Assembly: GCA_964562615.1 (NCBI GenBank)
Contig: CAZLUD010000001.1
Span: 327,628-391,627 of the forward strand
Length of the DNA: 64,000 bases
Origin: an uncultured Candidatus Saccharibacteria bacterium
GTDB lineage: Bacteria > Patescibacteriota > Minisyncoccia > Phycocordibacterales > UBA12088
Direction: 5' to 3'
Shown: positions 28,091 to 38,352 of the stretch, one piece after another
How the letters are laid out: each line of letters opens with the position of its first letter
Numbering within the stretch: position 1 is the first letter of the stretch
Program-made: the position numbers and the translations under genes
The notes under the pieces: generated by a model
What the model was told of the DNA's origin: nothing
The model's database searches: none
Seen by the model: only the letters and a program-made list of their open reading frames with translations

Positions 28091-29808
28091 AATCAGTTGC
28101 TAGGGTAGTCACATCTCTTCTGACTCGCTACGTAGCGCCATCTACCATAATAATGGCGTTATTTGCTCCTTCAGTATTTGTTATTGCAACCCCACAAAAA
28201 ACTGAGGCTATTTTTGGATTTGGTGACACTGTAGTTGAGGTGGGTGCAAACCTATATACAAATGTTGCCAATACCGTGGAAGCAGTTTGGGCAACCCTCA
28301 AGGAAGCATCGCTTGATGGTATTGCGTGGTACCTCGCTAAGTTAGTAATACAACGAATGACCGTTGAGATTATCAACTGGATCAATAGAGATTTTGAGGG
28401 CTATCCACAATTTGTTAATAATCTTGGCGTATTTCTTACTGATGTAGTAGACCAAGCCACCGGGGCATTTATACGCGAAAACAATCTTGAGTATTTATGT
28501 AACCCACTGAGTATTCGTATTGCGCTGTTAACGTATCAATACCAACCCATTCAACAGAGGTATTCGTGTACGCTTTCTCAAGTGGTAAACAACGTAGACT
28601 CATTCATACAAGGAAACTTTGCGGAGGGAGGTTGGACGGGATGGTTTTCACACGCCACCATCCCTACCAATAACTTGCCTGGGCAATATCTTGTCATACA
28701 AGGAGAGCTTGTTAAGTACGCCAACAAAAAAGAAGAGAATCAAAAAAACTACCTTTCCTTTGGGCAAGGCATGTTCTCAGACCTTTCGTTTGAGTGGTGC
28801 CAATCAGTAGAAAATACTGAAGGGGTTCCAGATGGATCAGGGGGCGTTCGTTATCAAACCGGTATGACAAGAGATGATTGTCAAATAAAAACACCAGGTA
28901 AATTGATAACAGATCAACTAAGTTGGGTCACGACAAGCCCACTCAGACAACAAGAGCTTGCTGATGAACTAAACGAAGCGATTTCAGCAATCCTCAGTAC
29001 GCTCATGAGTAAATTGCTCTCTGATGGTCTTGCATACCTTACCTCAAGTGGTCTTGGAAGAGGTGCAGCTGGCTCTTCGTATGATGATCTTTTGCGAGAA
29101 GATATTGCACGCCAACAAGAGCGCGTAACAGAAGACATTATCCTTCAGATTGATCAACAAATTGAAGAGGAGCTTGCGCTTGGTAGAGAGCTTGGCTGTT
29201 ATGGCGAAGATCCTGGAGACGGTGATGGAGGGGGCGGGGGTGATGGAGGGGGAGGTGATATTGGTGGAAATGAATTTCACGATGTGCCTATTGGTGACCG
29301 ATCAATACTTCCTGATACCACCACATTCTCAAATATCAGATATACCCCAGCTGATTCATACGCAGCGTACCAAACATCAGGACTAGAACCTCTTACGCCA
29401 ACAGAGTACTATCAAGAACTCACCCTTGCAGGACTCATCGACAGTCCAACCAGCACTACCTGGAGTGAGAATTATACCCTTAGAGAGGTTGGTATCGACG
29501 AGGGCGCAATCATTATTGAGAGAACCGGCGAAGATGCATATCGAGTACTATATGACGCTGACGGAGACGATGTGCGAGAAGTTATCGCAACATCAAGAGA
29601 AGTAGAGGGTCAGTCTGGTACATACACCTTTACCCGCGTCACCGGAGAAGACCTTGGATTTCAAACGCTTGGGGTAAGAAGTAGTGTTGCGGCAGGAGCA
29701 GTAAATGAGGCCTTGAGAGAGTACTACCTAATTAACGAAAACCCTCCTCAAACAAAACTGGAGCCAGTTGGAGGTACAGGCTCAAATGGCACAACAGGGA
29801 ATCGTTAG
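28087..29808 (+). CDS. exported T4SS-locus protein: helical N-part, Gly linker, C-terminal domain
   Basis: Signal-like N-terminus, paired Cys, poly-Gly linker. Confidence 0.75.
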   Translation: MKSVARVVTSLLTRYVAPSTIIMALFAPSVFVIATPQKTEAIFGFGDTVVEVGANLYTNVANTVEAVWATLKEASLDGIAWYLAKLVIQRMTVEIINWINRDFEGYPQFVNNLGVFLTDVVDQATGAFIRENNLEYLCNPLSIRIALLTYQYQPIQQRYSCTLSQVVNNVDSFIQGNFAEGGWTGWFSHATIPTNNLPGQYLVIQGELVKYANKKEENQKNYLSFGQGMFSDLSFEWCQSVENTEGVPDGSGGVRYQTGMTRDDCQIKTPGKLITDQLSWVTTSPLRQQELADELNEAISAILSTLMSKLLSDGLAYLTSSGLGRGAAGSSYDDLLREDIARQQERVTEDIILQIDQQIEEELALGRELGCYGEDPGDGDGGGGGDGGGGDIGGNEFHDVPIGDRSILPDTTTFSNIRYTPADSYAAYQTSGLEPLTPTEYYQELTLAGLIDSPTSTTWSENYTLREVGIDEGAIIIERTGEDAYRVLYDADGDDVREVIATSREVEGQSGTYTFTRVTGEDLGFQTLGVRSSVAAGAVNEALREYYLINENPPQTKLEPVGGTGSNGTTGNR

Positions 29809-29817
29809 AACAGCAAT

Positions 29818-31596
29818 ATGAATGCAACAAGATCAATCATAATTTCATCGCTTCTGATCATCAGTGCGTACGCATCTTCTGTTTGGATATATTCCCCAAA
29901 GCTCTCTGCTCAGACACCTCCTCAAGAACCAGTTACCTGTGAAGAAGTAGACACCACCATCGCACAGCTCACCGCCCTTCGAGCACGAGCAGAGGCAGCA
30001 GACACTCCAGAGGAGATGCAGGCAGTAGTGGATGAATTTAATAGACTAGAGACACATAATGGTAACGATTTGGTGGTAGCACAACAAGAAAATCAACTTG
30101 AAGATAGAAGAGCATATTTAATAAGTAGAATAGAGGACACAAAGGAGGTTGATGCAGCACAAGGTGGAAGAAATGCAGAAGAGCTTGATGAGCTACTTGC
30201 ACGAGCAGAGGCTGCAGATGACTTTACCGAGCTTGGACGAGTAGAAGGAGAGCTTGGTGAGATACGAGGGAGATTGGGGCTTAGCGGTGGAGGAAGTGGT
30301 GGGGGTGGGGGAGGAGGGGGAGGTGGAGTAATTGGTGGAGGAGGCGATGGATCATGGGCTGGAGGAGTGCTTGATGGCAGTGGCAAAAACAACAGAGCGC
30401 CCGTTCCTGCATTTACAAGAACAGTTGTGCTTGGGCCAGGAGATGATATACAAGGGGCAATTAATAGTGCTACCCCAGGCACTGACATCCAACTCAAAAG
30501 TGGTACGTACAATTACTCCAACCTAAGCATAAGCGGAAAGGGTGGAAATCCGAACGCATGGATACGGCTTGGCAATGCTCCTGGAGAACATCCTATTCTT
30601 AGGCCGACAGGAGGATATGCAACCCTAAACGTGGCAGGCGGTTCGAGCTATATTCTAATTGAGGGACTGGAAATAAATGGGAGTAGGGTGGGAACAACAC
30701 TTCCTGATGGGACATATATTGGATCATGGAATGATATGCTTGCCTACTCTAATAGGAGTTGCAGTAATATCGGATACCATTGCAATCAGGGTATAATGCT
30801 CGGTTGCGGAGGCTGTAATACCAATCAAGGGCACCACATTGTCGTTCGAGATAATGTTACCCACGACTTTGGAGGCTCTGGTATTAGCACCTTTGGTGTT
30901 GATTATGTGATTATTGAAGACAATGTTTCTTTCAATAATGGCAATTTCTCTCGTTATGGGGAGAGTGGTATATCTGCTGGATTTCCAGCACTGGTAGGGG
31001 GAGGAAGCATGAGTGACTACGGCTTTATTGTAAGGAGAAACACCACCTACGATAATAAGCAATACTTGGGGTCAATAGACTGTGGTTGTGGCCCAGGTAT
31101 TACCGATGGTAACGGCATAATTCTTGACGGTATGGATCATAATGGTGCATACAGAAGAGTTCTTGTTGAGAGTAATCTTTCGTACAACAATGGTGTTGAG
31201 GTGCCTGGGCAGGGTGTGCATGGGTCAGGAATGCATTCAGTCGATTCTTCTAATGCAGAGTTCATAAATAACACCGCGTATGGTAATGCAGCTGCGCAGA
31301 TATTTGCATGTTGCGCCTCAAACAACAATAAGTTTTACAACAACATAGCAATAGGCAATAGGCCGTTGTTTGCTGCCCACGGTGTCCCTTTTACTGGAGG
31401 ATGTAACATATCGAGTGGTTCTGAAAATGTACCTACTACTGTTACTGACCCAATGTTTGTAAACCCTAGCGCTGGAGACTTTAGCTTGCGGGCGGGATCT
31501 CCGGCAATAAACGCCGCATGCGGACAAACCGCATCAAGCGACCTTAATGGAGCCCTCGCAAATGGGGCAAAAGATATCGGTGCTATAGAAATGTAG
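29818..31596 (+). CDS. secreted protein: shared helical module + Gly linker + right-handed parallel beta-helix (pectate-lyase-like)
   Basis: DIQGAINSATPG, Asn-ladder repeats, DPMFVNPSAGDFSLRAGSPAINA...DIGAIE. Confidence 0.85.
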   Translation: MNATRSIIISSLLIISAYASSVWIYSPKLSAQTPPQEPVTCEEVDTTIAQLTALRARAEAADTPEEMQAVVDEFNRLETHNGNDLVVAQQENQLEDRRAYLISRIEDTKEVDAAQGGRNAEELDELLARAEAADDFTELGRVEGELGEIRGRLGLSGGGSGGGGGGGGGGVIGGGGDGSWAGGVLDGSGKNNRAPVPAFTRTVVLGPGDDIQGAINSATPGTDIQLKSGTYNYSNLSISGKGGNPNAWIRLGNAPGEHPILRPTGGYATLNVAGGSSYILIEGLEINGSRVGTTLPDGTYIGSWNDMLAYSNRSCSNIGYHCNQGIMLGCGGCNTNQGHHIVVRDNVTHDFGGSGISTFGVDYVIIEDNVSFNNGNFSRYGESGISAGFPALVGGGSMSDYGFIVRRNTTYDNKQYLGSIDCGCGPGITDGNGIILDGMDHNGAYRRVLVESNLSYNNGVEVPGQGVHGSGMHSVDSSNAEFINNTAYGNAAAQIFACCASNNNKFYNNIAIGNRPLFAAHGVPFTGGCNISSGSENVPTTVTDPMFVNPSAGDFSLRAGSPAINAACGQTASSDLNGALANGAKDIGAIEM

Positions 31597-32107
31597 ATTG
31601 TTGCTTCATGAAAAACGCAATCAGTATAAGTAGTTTTGTATCACTCGTAGTGATCGCGCTATCGTGCGTGAGCATCATTCCAACAAGAAGTAGTGCGCAA
31701 ACACCACCGCAAGAACCGATTACTTGCCAAGAAGTTTCTTCCACCATCGCACAACTCACCGCCCTTCGAGCACGAGCAGAGGCAGCAGACACTCCAGAGG
31801 AGATGCAGGCAGTAGTGGATGAATTTAATAGACTAGAGACACATAATGGTAACGATTTGGTGGTAGCACAACAAGAAAATCAACTTGAAGATAGAAGAGC
31901 ATATTTAATAAGTAGAATAGAGGACACAAAGGAGGTTGATGCAGCACAAGGTGGAAGAAATGCAGAAGAGCTTGATGAGCTACTTGCACGAGCAGAGGCT
32001 GCAGATGACTTTACCGAGCTTGGACGAGTAGAAGGAGAGCTTGGTGAGATACGAGGGAGATTAGGGCTTAGTGGTGGAGGAAGTGGTGGGGGTGGGGGAG
32101 GAGGGGG
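29954..32107 (+). repeat. 367-bp near-identical direct repeat (29954-30320 / 31741-32107)
   Basis: Aligned by eye at offset 1787; three synonymous differences seen. Confidence 0.95.
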
Positions 32108-33065
32108 CACAGTAGGTGGAGGAGGCGGGGGCACCACCACACCAGGAACAGGGGTGGGCTCAGGTACCGCTGCGGGTACACCAACAGACACTGGCTTTGC
32201 TCCAGCAGGGTATACACTTGCGTGGAATGATGAATTCAATTCTCTTAGCTTAGGAAGTGGTTCAGCGTTTAGATGGACGCCATTTGATACGCTTGCTGCA
32301 AATGCTGGATATGATGCAAAAGGAAGAATACTTGCAAGTAACAGCTCTGATGCTATATGGGTTGCTGATTACGAAACAAATGCAGGTGGGACACGAACGT
32401 ATGGTGACGCATTTAAGGCAGCCGGCACCTACGGTGAGGGGCCATTCTTCCATGAGGTAAGTGATGGCGCACTTGCTATGCGTGCGTATCCAGTACCAAG
32501 CTCAGTACGCAACGAATTTATTGCGTATGGATGGCCGCAGGGTGCTCCATACGCCGCAGGTGGAATATTTGGATCACTCTCACATACCCAAACATACGGC
32601 TACTATGAAGTGCGGCTGCGTGTAAATTCAATAACAAGAGGCCAACATTTTGCGCTTTGGCTACTCCAAGACGACCTTGCATGGCCTCCTGAGATAGACA
32701 TGCTTGAGGTTATTGGTGAAAATCCTCAGTTTTATCACACTACCGTACACGGCGAAGGGCCAAATGGCTCTGACCCAACCACCTCATTTAAGCTGCTTCC
32801 AGCAGGAGGGAGCGGGACATGGCACACCTACGGATTTTTGTGGACACCTGAAAGTATGCGATTTTTTGTCGATGGAAAGGAGTATTTCTTAAGAGAAAAT
32901 TATGGGGAAGGGGCAGAAATAGGAACATTACCTAACTTTGTAAACAAGCCAATGTACCTCCTTGCAACCTGGGAAATGGCAAGCTATTGGCCAGGAGATC
33001 CTGATGCAACTACCGTGTGGCCAGCAGAGGTTGAGCTTGATTACGTCCGCATCTACAAACCATAG
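31608..33065 (+). CDS. secreted protein: shared helical module + Gly/Thr linker + GH16 glycoside hydrolase
   Basis: WNDEFN, YGYYEVR, WPPEIDMLE (ExDxxE), WHTYGFLW, DYVRIY. Confidence 0.9.
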   Translation: MKNAISISSFVSLVVIALSCVSIIPTRSSAQTPPQEPITCQEVSSTIAQLTALRARAEAADTPEEMQAVVDEFNRLETHNGNDLVVAQQENQLEDRRAYLISRIEDTKEVDAAQGGRNAEELDELLARAEAADDFTELGRVEGELGEIRGRLGLSGGGSGGGGGGGGTVGGGGGGTTTPGTGVGSGTAAGTPTDTGFAPAGYTLAWNDEFNSLSLGSGSAFRWTPFDTLAANAGYDAKGRILASNSSDAIWVADYETNAGGTRTYGDAFKAAGTYGEGPFFHEVSDGALAMRAYPVPSSVRNEFIAYGWPQGAPYAAGGIFGSLSHTQTYGYYEVRLRVNSITRGQHFALWLLQDDLAWPPEIDMLEVIGENPQFYHTTVHGEGPNGSDPTTSFKLLPAGGSGTWHTYGFLWTPESMRFFVDGKEYFLRENYGEGAEIGTLPNFVNKPMYLLATWEMASYWPGDPDATTVWPAEVELDYVRIYKP

Positions 33066-33131
33066 CGGCGGTACCGACCACACAACAAGAAACTGTGGAG
33101 TAATCTATGCTTCACACGCTAACATGGTGGT

Positions 33132-35558
33132 ATGATAGGTGTATCGCTGTGCATCTTGCACTGTTATATGGCTGCATCACCATTACATAATTTGTATACT
33201 CGCATAAAAAACTTGGTGGTATGTGGATTTGCTGAGCATAAACGCATACTCGCTATCTCGCTTGTGGTAGTGGTGACGCTACTTTTTAGTGCTACTCCAT
33301 ACGCAACACACGCTGCCAATTTGTGGGAAATTATAACCACACCACAGCTTATGTTTGCGTGGGTTGGCTCAGGAGTGTTGTGGCTCATGAGCGGTATCTT
33401 GGGTATTACGGCAATCCTCCTCAATATCACAATTTTGCAAACCGTAACCGGGATGGGAAATCACATCAACGACATAATAGGTATACAAATTGCCTGGGCA
33501 CTACTACGTGATATGGCAAATATATTGTTTATCTTTGGCATTGTATACATAGGCTTGAATCTTATTCTTGGCAACAATAGACACGGGCATCAGCAAGCAC
33601 TTGCACGACTTGTGATTATCGCGCTCGTCATTAACTTTAGTCTCTTTATAACAAAAACCGTAGTCGAGACATCGAATGTAATGGCGAACACGATATTTAG
33701 ACTCATTATTCCTCCGGGCACAACTGGGAGTCAAGCGTGTGATGGAAGAAGCACGCTTCCAGAAAACGTAATACAATGCGTAAATTTTGGTATTACAGGA
33801 ATTATTAATAACTCCCTTGGTCTTACTACGGTATTTAACGTTGGGGGTACTGCAAACTCAGCTGGATTTACCTCTCCAACACTTAACAGCGCTACAGCAA
33901 TTGATGCGTCTAAAATCTTCTACATAACAGCACTCGGTTCAATATTTATTCTCATTACTGCGTTTGTCTTTGCGTCCGCTGCCGTGTTGTTGGTTATTAG
34001 ATTTGTCATACTGATTATACTCATGGTGTTTTCACCGCTTGCGTTTGCGGCGTGGATACTGCCTTCAACGAGTGGTTACTTTTCTTATTGGTTAAAATCA
34101 CTTCTCAATCAATCGTTTTTTGCGCCTGCCTACATGCTTATGATGTGGATCGCAATAAAAATAATCGAGGGGTATGGTGTCTCTACGGTTACTGGTGTTG
34201 CCACACGATCAAACAATTTTGGCGCAGCGCTCTTGGGCGCAAATGTTAGCTTTGCAAACGTATTCTTAAACTTTGCCATTATCACCGTATTTATGGTGGC
34301 AGCGCTTGTAGTTGCAAAGAAACTTGGCGCCATTGGCGCTGATAAGGCATACGGCATTGGTAAGGGATGGGTCAACACCGCACAGTCAACCGCGTATAAG
34401 TACAAGAGCACAATTGCGGCTGGAGCAGCGGGTGCAACTGTATTTCCTGCGCTTGTTGGAGGGGGGGCACTCCTTGGCGCAGCGGCTGGTGTTGCTGGGT
34501 GGAAGGGAACGAGAGTTGGCACGAAGGTAATTGCTGACGAGAGTGCAAGGTTTGCCGGCAGAAAGGTAAACGCGATAAATGAAAGATTGATGAAGGCCCC
34601 AGTAAAAGAAGGTGGTGTTAAAGACACAATAAGAAAAGCGACAATTGGACGATTAGACAATGCACTAGGCTACAGCCAAACAGTGGCAGCTGATGTGAAG
34701 TCAGCACAAGAGAAAGTAAAAGCCCTTTCTAGAGATGGAAATACAAAGGGATCATCTGATTTCCTTCTCGCACAACGTGAAGACGTAAGAAATACGCTAT
34801 TTGCAGGACTATCACCATCTGAACAAATTACTGTGGGGGCAGAGATGGGTAAGAATGTAGTGACTCGAGACGGACTGGTTGATAAGAAAGCTACGGATAA
34901 AAATATCAAGAAAAAAGCCGTCGCACTCTCAAGCCTACGTGAAAGCGCAAGAGAAAAATACCTTGAAGCCATGACAAAGGATTTTGCAAACGACTCAAAA
35001 GAGTTGTACAAACAAATCTCAACGCTTAATGGTGATGATCTAACCTACGCATACTCAAAAATGACTCCACGCATCAGAGCGGCGTACGAAACAGAACTTA
35101 ACAAGGCGACTGGAAATGATACTCGCACAAAATCTCTTAGAAAGACAATATCAATTGAGGATCAAGAAAAAACAGAGAAAGAAGCAGGTGAAGTAAAAGC
35201 TCGTACAGAGAAAAAATCAAGATCTGGAGACCTTATCACCTTGATACAGCAACATCAAACACTCTCTACAACACCAACAACCTCAAATCCATCTTCACCT
35301 ACCGGCACAGAGATTGATAATAAAATCCGTAACATTATTAGAGTAATGGGCGACAAAGAAGTAACGGATCTAAAACCAGATGTGTTGAAGAGTAAAGAAT
35401 TTGCAAAGCATGTAACAGTAGGAATGCTCTCTAAAATTGCTGCGGTAGACAATATCACGCAAGAGACCAAACAAACACTTAGAGATAATGTTATGAGTGT
35501 AAACAATACAAAAGGAATCAGTTGGCTACAAGACAAAGGTAAAGATTTATTCCAATAA
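33132..35558 (+). CDS. VirB6/TrbL-like polytopic membrane protein with charged C-terminal tail
   Basis: LRDMANILF, ALVINFSLFI, IRFVILIILMVFSPLAF; many TMs; in an operon with VirB4; start uncertain. Confidence 0.75.
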   Translation: MIGVSLCILHCYMAASPLHNLYTRIKNLVVCGFAEHKRILAISLVVVVTLLFSATPYATHAANLWEIITTPQLMFAWVGSGVLWLMSGILGITAILLNITILQTVTGMGNHINDIIGIQIAWALLRDMANILFIFGIVYIGLNLILGNNRHGHQQALARLVIIALVINFSLFITKTVVETSNVMANTIFRLIIPPGTTGSQACDGRSTLPENVIQCVNFGITGIINNSLGLTTVFNVGGTANSAGFTSPTLNSATAIDASKIFYITALGSIFILITAFVFASAAVLLVIRFVILIILMVFSPLAFAAWILPSTSGYFSYWLKSLLNQSFFAPAYMLMMWIAIKIIEGYGVSTVTGVATRSNNFGAALLGANVSFANVFLNFAIITVFMVAALVVAKKLGAIGADKAYGIGKGWVNTAQSTAYKYKSTIAAGAAGATVFPALVGGGALLGAAAGVAGWKGTRVGTKVIADESARFAGRKVNAINERLMKAPVKEGGVKDTIRKATIGRLDNALGYSQTVAADVKSAQEKVKALSRDGNTKGSSDFLLAQREDVRNTLFAGLSPSEQITVGAEMGKNVVTRDGLVDKKATDKNIKKKAVALSSLRESAREKYLEAMTKDFANDSKELYKQISTLNGDDLTYAYSKMTPRIRAAYETELNKATGNDTRTKSLRKTISIEDQEKTEKEAGEVKARTEKKSRSGDLITLIQQHQTLSTTPTTSNPSSPTGTEIDNKIRNIIRVMGDKEVTDLKPDVLKSKEFAKHVTVGMLSKIAAVDNITQETKQTLRDNVMSVNNTKGISWLQDKGKDLFQ

Positions 35559-35570
35559 ATACTAATTGCC

Positions 35571-36167
35571 ATGGATGAACTAGAACTAAAGTTTAAAGAG
35601 CACTTTGATCGACTACCAGAGGTTGTGCAAGAGTATGTGCTTCATGGTAATTACTCATCTGAAATAGCGTCCATAGGGCATCTATTCAAATTTCACATTG
35701 ATACGATGGGGCAACTTTCCGATTTTGTCACCTATGTCTTGGTTGGTATTATACCCACCCACGAAGCAGAGAAGAAATTTACTGAGTTCTTACCTGAGTA
35801 TTCAGCTCAAACAAAAGCAATCTTACAAGAAATTGAGCGCCGAATCTTGAGTAGTGTACGCACCATGACCACAATTAAATCTGATTCGACTGCTCCCATT
35901 GAACAGGTGACGGCACCGAGTGCTATTTCCAATCTCCCTACAACACCAGCACAACAAGCACAGACTGTGCCAATAAACACCGCACAAGTACCTGTTGCTG
36001 TTTCGCCACAAAAATTACCAATGGTTACACCAGCCACTCCACCAACAAGTCAAACAGCACCGAACCAAAATGCTTCTACACCAATGAAAACGGTAGGGAA
36101 GGAGATAGTTATTCCAGACACTGCACCGAAAAAATCAACGGATCCCTATCGAGAGCCAGTTGACTAA
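35571..36167 (+). CDS. hypothetical protein with C-terminal DPYREP motif
   Basis: 198-aa ORF: helical head, P/T/Q-rich linker. Confidence 0.75.
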   Translation: MDELELKFKEHFDRLPEVVQEYVLHGNYSSEIASIGHLFKFHIDTMGQLSDFVTYVLVGIIPTHEAEKKFTEFLPEYSAQTKAILQEIERRILSSVRTMTTIKSDSTAPIEQVTAPSAISNLPTTPAQQAQTVPINTAQVPVAVSPQKLPMVTPATPPTSQTAPNQNASTPMKTVGKEIVIPDTAPKKSTDPYREPVD

Positions 36168-36245
36168 ATAATGTTTTCATGGTATAAATAATATAGTGTG
36201 CTCTTTGACAGAGCGCTTTCTAAACACTTAACTGGAGGTCATCCG

Positions 36246-37523
36246 ATGACGAACAGTGTACTGGATCTGGTCTCGATTATCCTATTTCCACACACGTTTG
36301 CGCTTTTTGTGGGTCTGTTTTCGGTGCTATACGCACCATTTACCATTAACTCAGCAAAAAATCCTGCGAGATTTCTCTCCATGTTCACACGTGTCTCTCC
36401 AAACCAACTCAAAATTATTGAGTGGGGTGGAACATTTGTGAGGGTTATTTGTGTCAACCCTGGGTACGCCTTCAGAGCGTGGGTTGATAGTGGTGGTAAC
36501 ATGTTGCCTTCAAAAAACAACTTACATGAATGGGAGGTGGTTGAAAGACCTCCAACCTGCCCTCCAATGCCAGAAGTTGTGCCTGGAAGTATATTTTCTG
36601 GGCGCTACACGAAATGGCTTTCTCCGCTCTTTGTGTTTAGACTGGTATCCTACAAGATAACAGGTCTTCACTTTTATGGCATCGCGCCATATGTGCAGGT
36701 CAGATCACAAGACTACAAGCGCGGAAAGGTGCCTGACTCTGGTGAAATATCACTAGAGACCGTAACACAGGTTGTAGATGAGACCGATCATTTTAGACTA
36801 AGTGCGTTTACAAACCTCACCGTATCGGGAAAGCTCCCAACACAGCAGGGGTGGGGGGTGTCTGTACTTGTTGCGCTTGAGCTGTCAATTACCGACGCTC
36901 CGAGCGCTGCCTATTCGGTGAATAGGTGGGACCAAAACATACAGCAACGCGTTGTTGCTGCCATTGCTGAAGCGATGCATGGAGCAAACATCGGTTCGGT
37001 ATATGGAGGTGGTGATATCTCTCACAAGAACGCCATCGTGGATAAGTGTTGGTTCTTCTTGACGGGGCTTGATACTAACGCACGAGCCACCAATGCCAGA
37101 TACTTCCGTACTGTTGCTGATTTGGGAAGCATCAACGTGCACAACATTCGAGTTGTGGATATGAATGCTGATCAGCATTCACAAGAAGCGGTGGAGCAAG
37201 CACTCTCTGCTGCCTTTGTTGGGACCCAGGAAGGAAACAAGATCAAGAACAAACTTACCCTTGAAGGAGAAGGTAGGCAGGCTTTCCTGAGTAACCAAAT
37301 TAGCGGCGTAAGCGAGAGCCTAACCGACCAAGAAAAAATGAGGTTGGCCATACGCATCATTGAGGGGGAGGCACTTCGAAACGCAGTGATAGATGGAGGC
37401 GCGAAGGTAATAGCCACGTTTGGTAACCAGCAGCAAGAACCAGGCGCTCCGCTTTCGTTGCCTCAATTTATTGCGGCAACGAAAGAAGATTCTCAGCAGA
37501 ACACGGAAGGAGACCGTCAATGA
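36246..37523 (+). CDS. divergent SPFH/band-7-like membrane protein
   Basis: N-terminal TM, LKIIEWGGTFVRV, INVHNIRVVDM; GGAGG upstream of ATG 36246. Confidence 0.55.
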   Translation: MTNSVLDLVSIILFPHTFALFVGLFSVLYAPFTINSAKNPARFLSMFTRVSPNQLKIIEWGGTFVRVICVNPGYAFRAWVDSGGNMLPSKNNLHEWEVVERPPTCPPMPEVVPGSIFSGRYTKWLSPLFVFRLVSYKITGLHFYGIAPYVQVRSQDYKRGKVPDSGEISLETVTQVVDETDHFRLSAFTNLTVSGKLPTQQGWGVSVLVALELSITDAPSAAYSVNRWDQNIQQRVVAAIAEAMHGANIGSVYGGGDISHKNAIVDKCWFFLTGLDTNARATNARYFRTVADLGSINVHNIRVVDMNADQHSQEAVEQALSAAFVGTQEGNKIKNKLTLEGEGRQAFLSNQISGVSESLTDQEKMRLAIRIIEGEALRNAVIDGGAKVIATFGNQQQEPGAPLSLPQFIAATKEDSQQNTEGDRQ

Positions 37524-38206
37524 CACAAGAGGGAGGTGGGTGGACGCTGGATATACTTCCCATAATACCAGCATCAATAGAGATAGCTGTAATACTAGCT
37601 ATCCTTTTCACCCTTCTGGTGGTAATCATTTCTGTTTTCAAATCGGAATCCTCAGGAGCAGCGCCCTCAACCACTAAACGTATCTCGCTTAGTGGGAGTC
37701 TTATACCACTTGGGGGGGTAATCCTGATCGGTGTCACCATTCTTGTGGTAGCACTGTACTGGCCATCACAAACCCCATTCCTCGCATTGGTGTTGCCAAT
37801 ACTCTGGCACTACACCGCCTCAAGGACAAAAGCTGAGGCGCATTTTTGGGGGATCACGTGGAGGGATGGTGAACAATACCTTTCCTCGTACTTGATGCTC
37901 CAATTTATGTTCCAAATGCTGTTCCTTGTAGGGGTTATTTTACTCCTACTATTGTGGGGGCCTTGGTTCCTTGCTAAGGCACTCCAAGGATCCGCGCTCT
38001 ATATAATTCTTGGTGTTGGTATAATTTTTACCACCTGGTTCTTTGAGAGCTGGGGCAAATTTACCAGGATGATGCTATATGCATTTGGTGGAGGCGTCAC
38101 CCTATTATGGTTGTTTGGCAGAAAACTTGCTGCCCAAAATGATTTCGCCACCATAGAGTTGTGGCGAAATAACATACTCGAGCTAGATAAGCTATTTTAT
38201 CTCTAG
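37520..38206 (+). CDS. multi-TM hypothetical protein
   Basis: About six hydrophobic segments; ATGA overlap with upstream gene. Confidence 0.7.
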   Translation: MTQEGGGWTLDILPIIPASIEIAVILAILFTLLVVIISVFKSESSGAAPSTTKRISLSGSLIPLGGVILIGVTILVVALYWPSQTPFLALVLPILWHYTASRTKAEAHFWGITWRDGEQYLSSYLMLQFMFQMLFLVGVILLLLLWGPWFLAKALQGSALYIILGVGIIFTTWFFESWGKFTRMMLYAFGGGVTLLWLFGRKLAAQNDFATIELWRNNILELDKLFYL

Positions 38207-38219
38207 CTCGAAGAGGCTT

Positions 38220-38253
38220 GAAGCCGTGATGCAATATCATCACGGCTTCTTTT
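38220..38253 (+). terminator. intrinsic terminator
   Basis: gaagccgtgatg / catcacggcttc followed by T-tract. Confidence 0.8.
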
Positions 38254-38352
38254 ATTTGTGATACACAGTCAAAAGCAGAGTTGCCAACAATTATTTATAT
38301 AAATGACTTAGCTATAGGTTGTATTCGAGGTACAATATACTCACATACCCCT

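Noticed and set aside
30093-30512. Pro-rich antisense ORFs (also 31880-32239, 605-1186, 34130-34660)
   Set aside because: These are shadows of Gly-rich or low-complexity sense genes.
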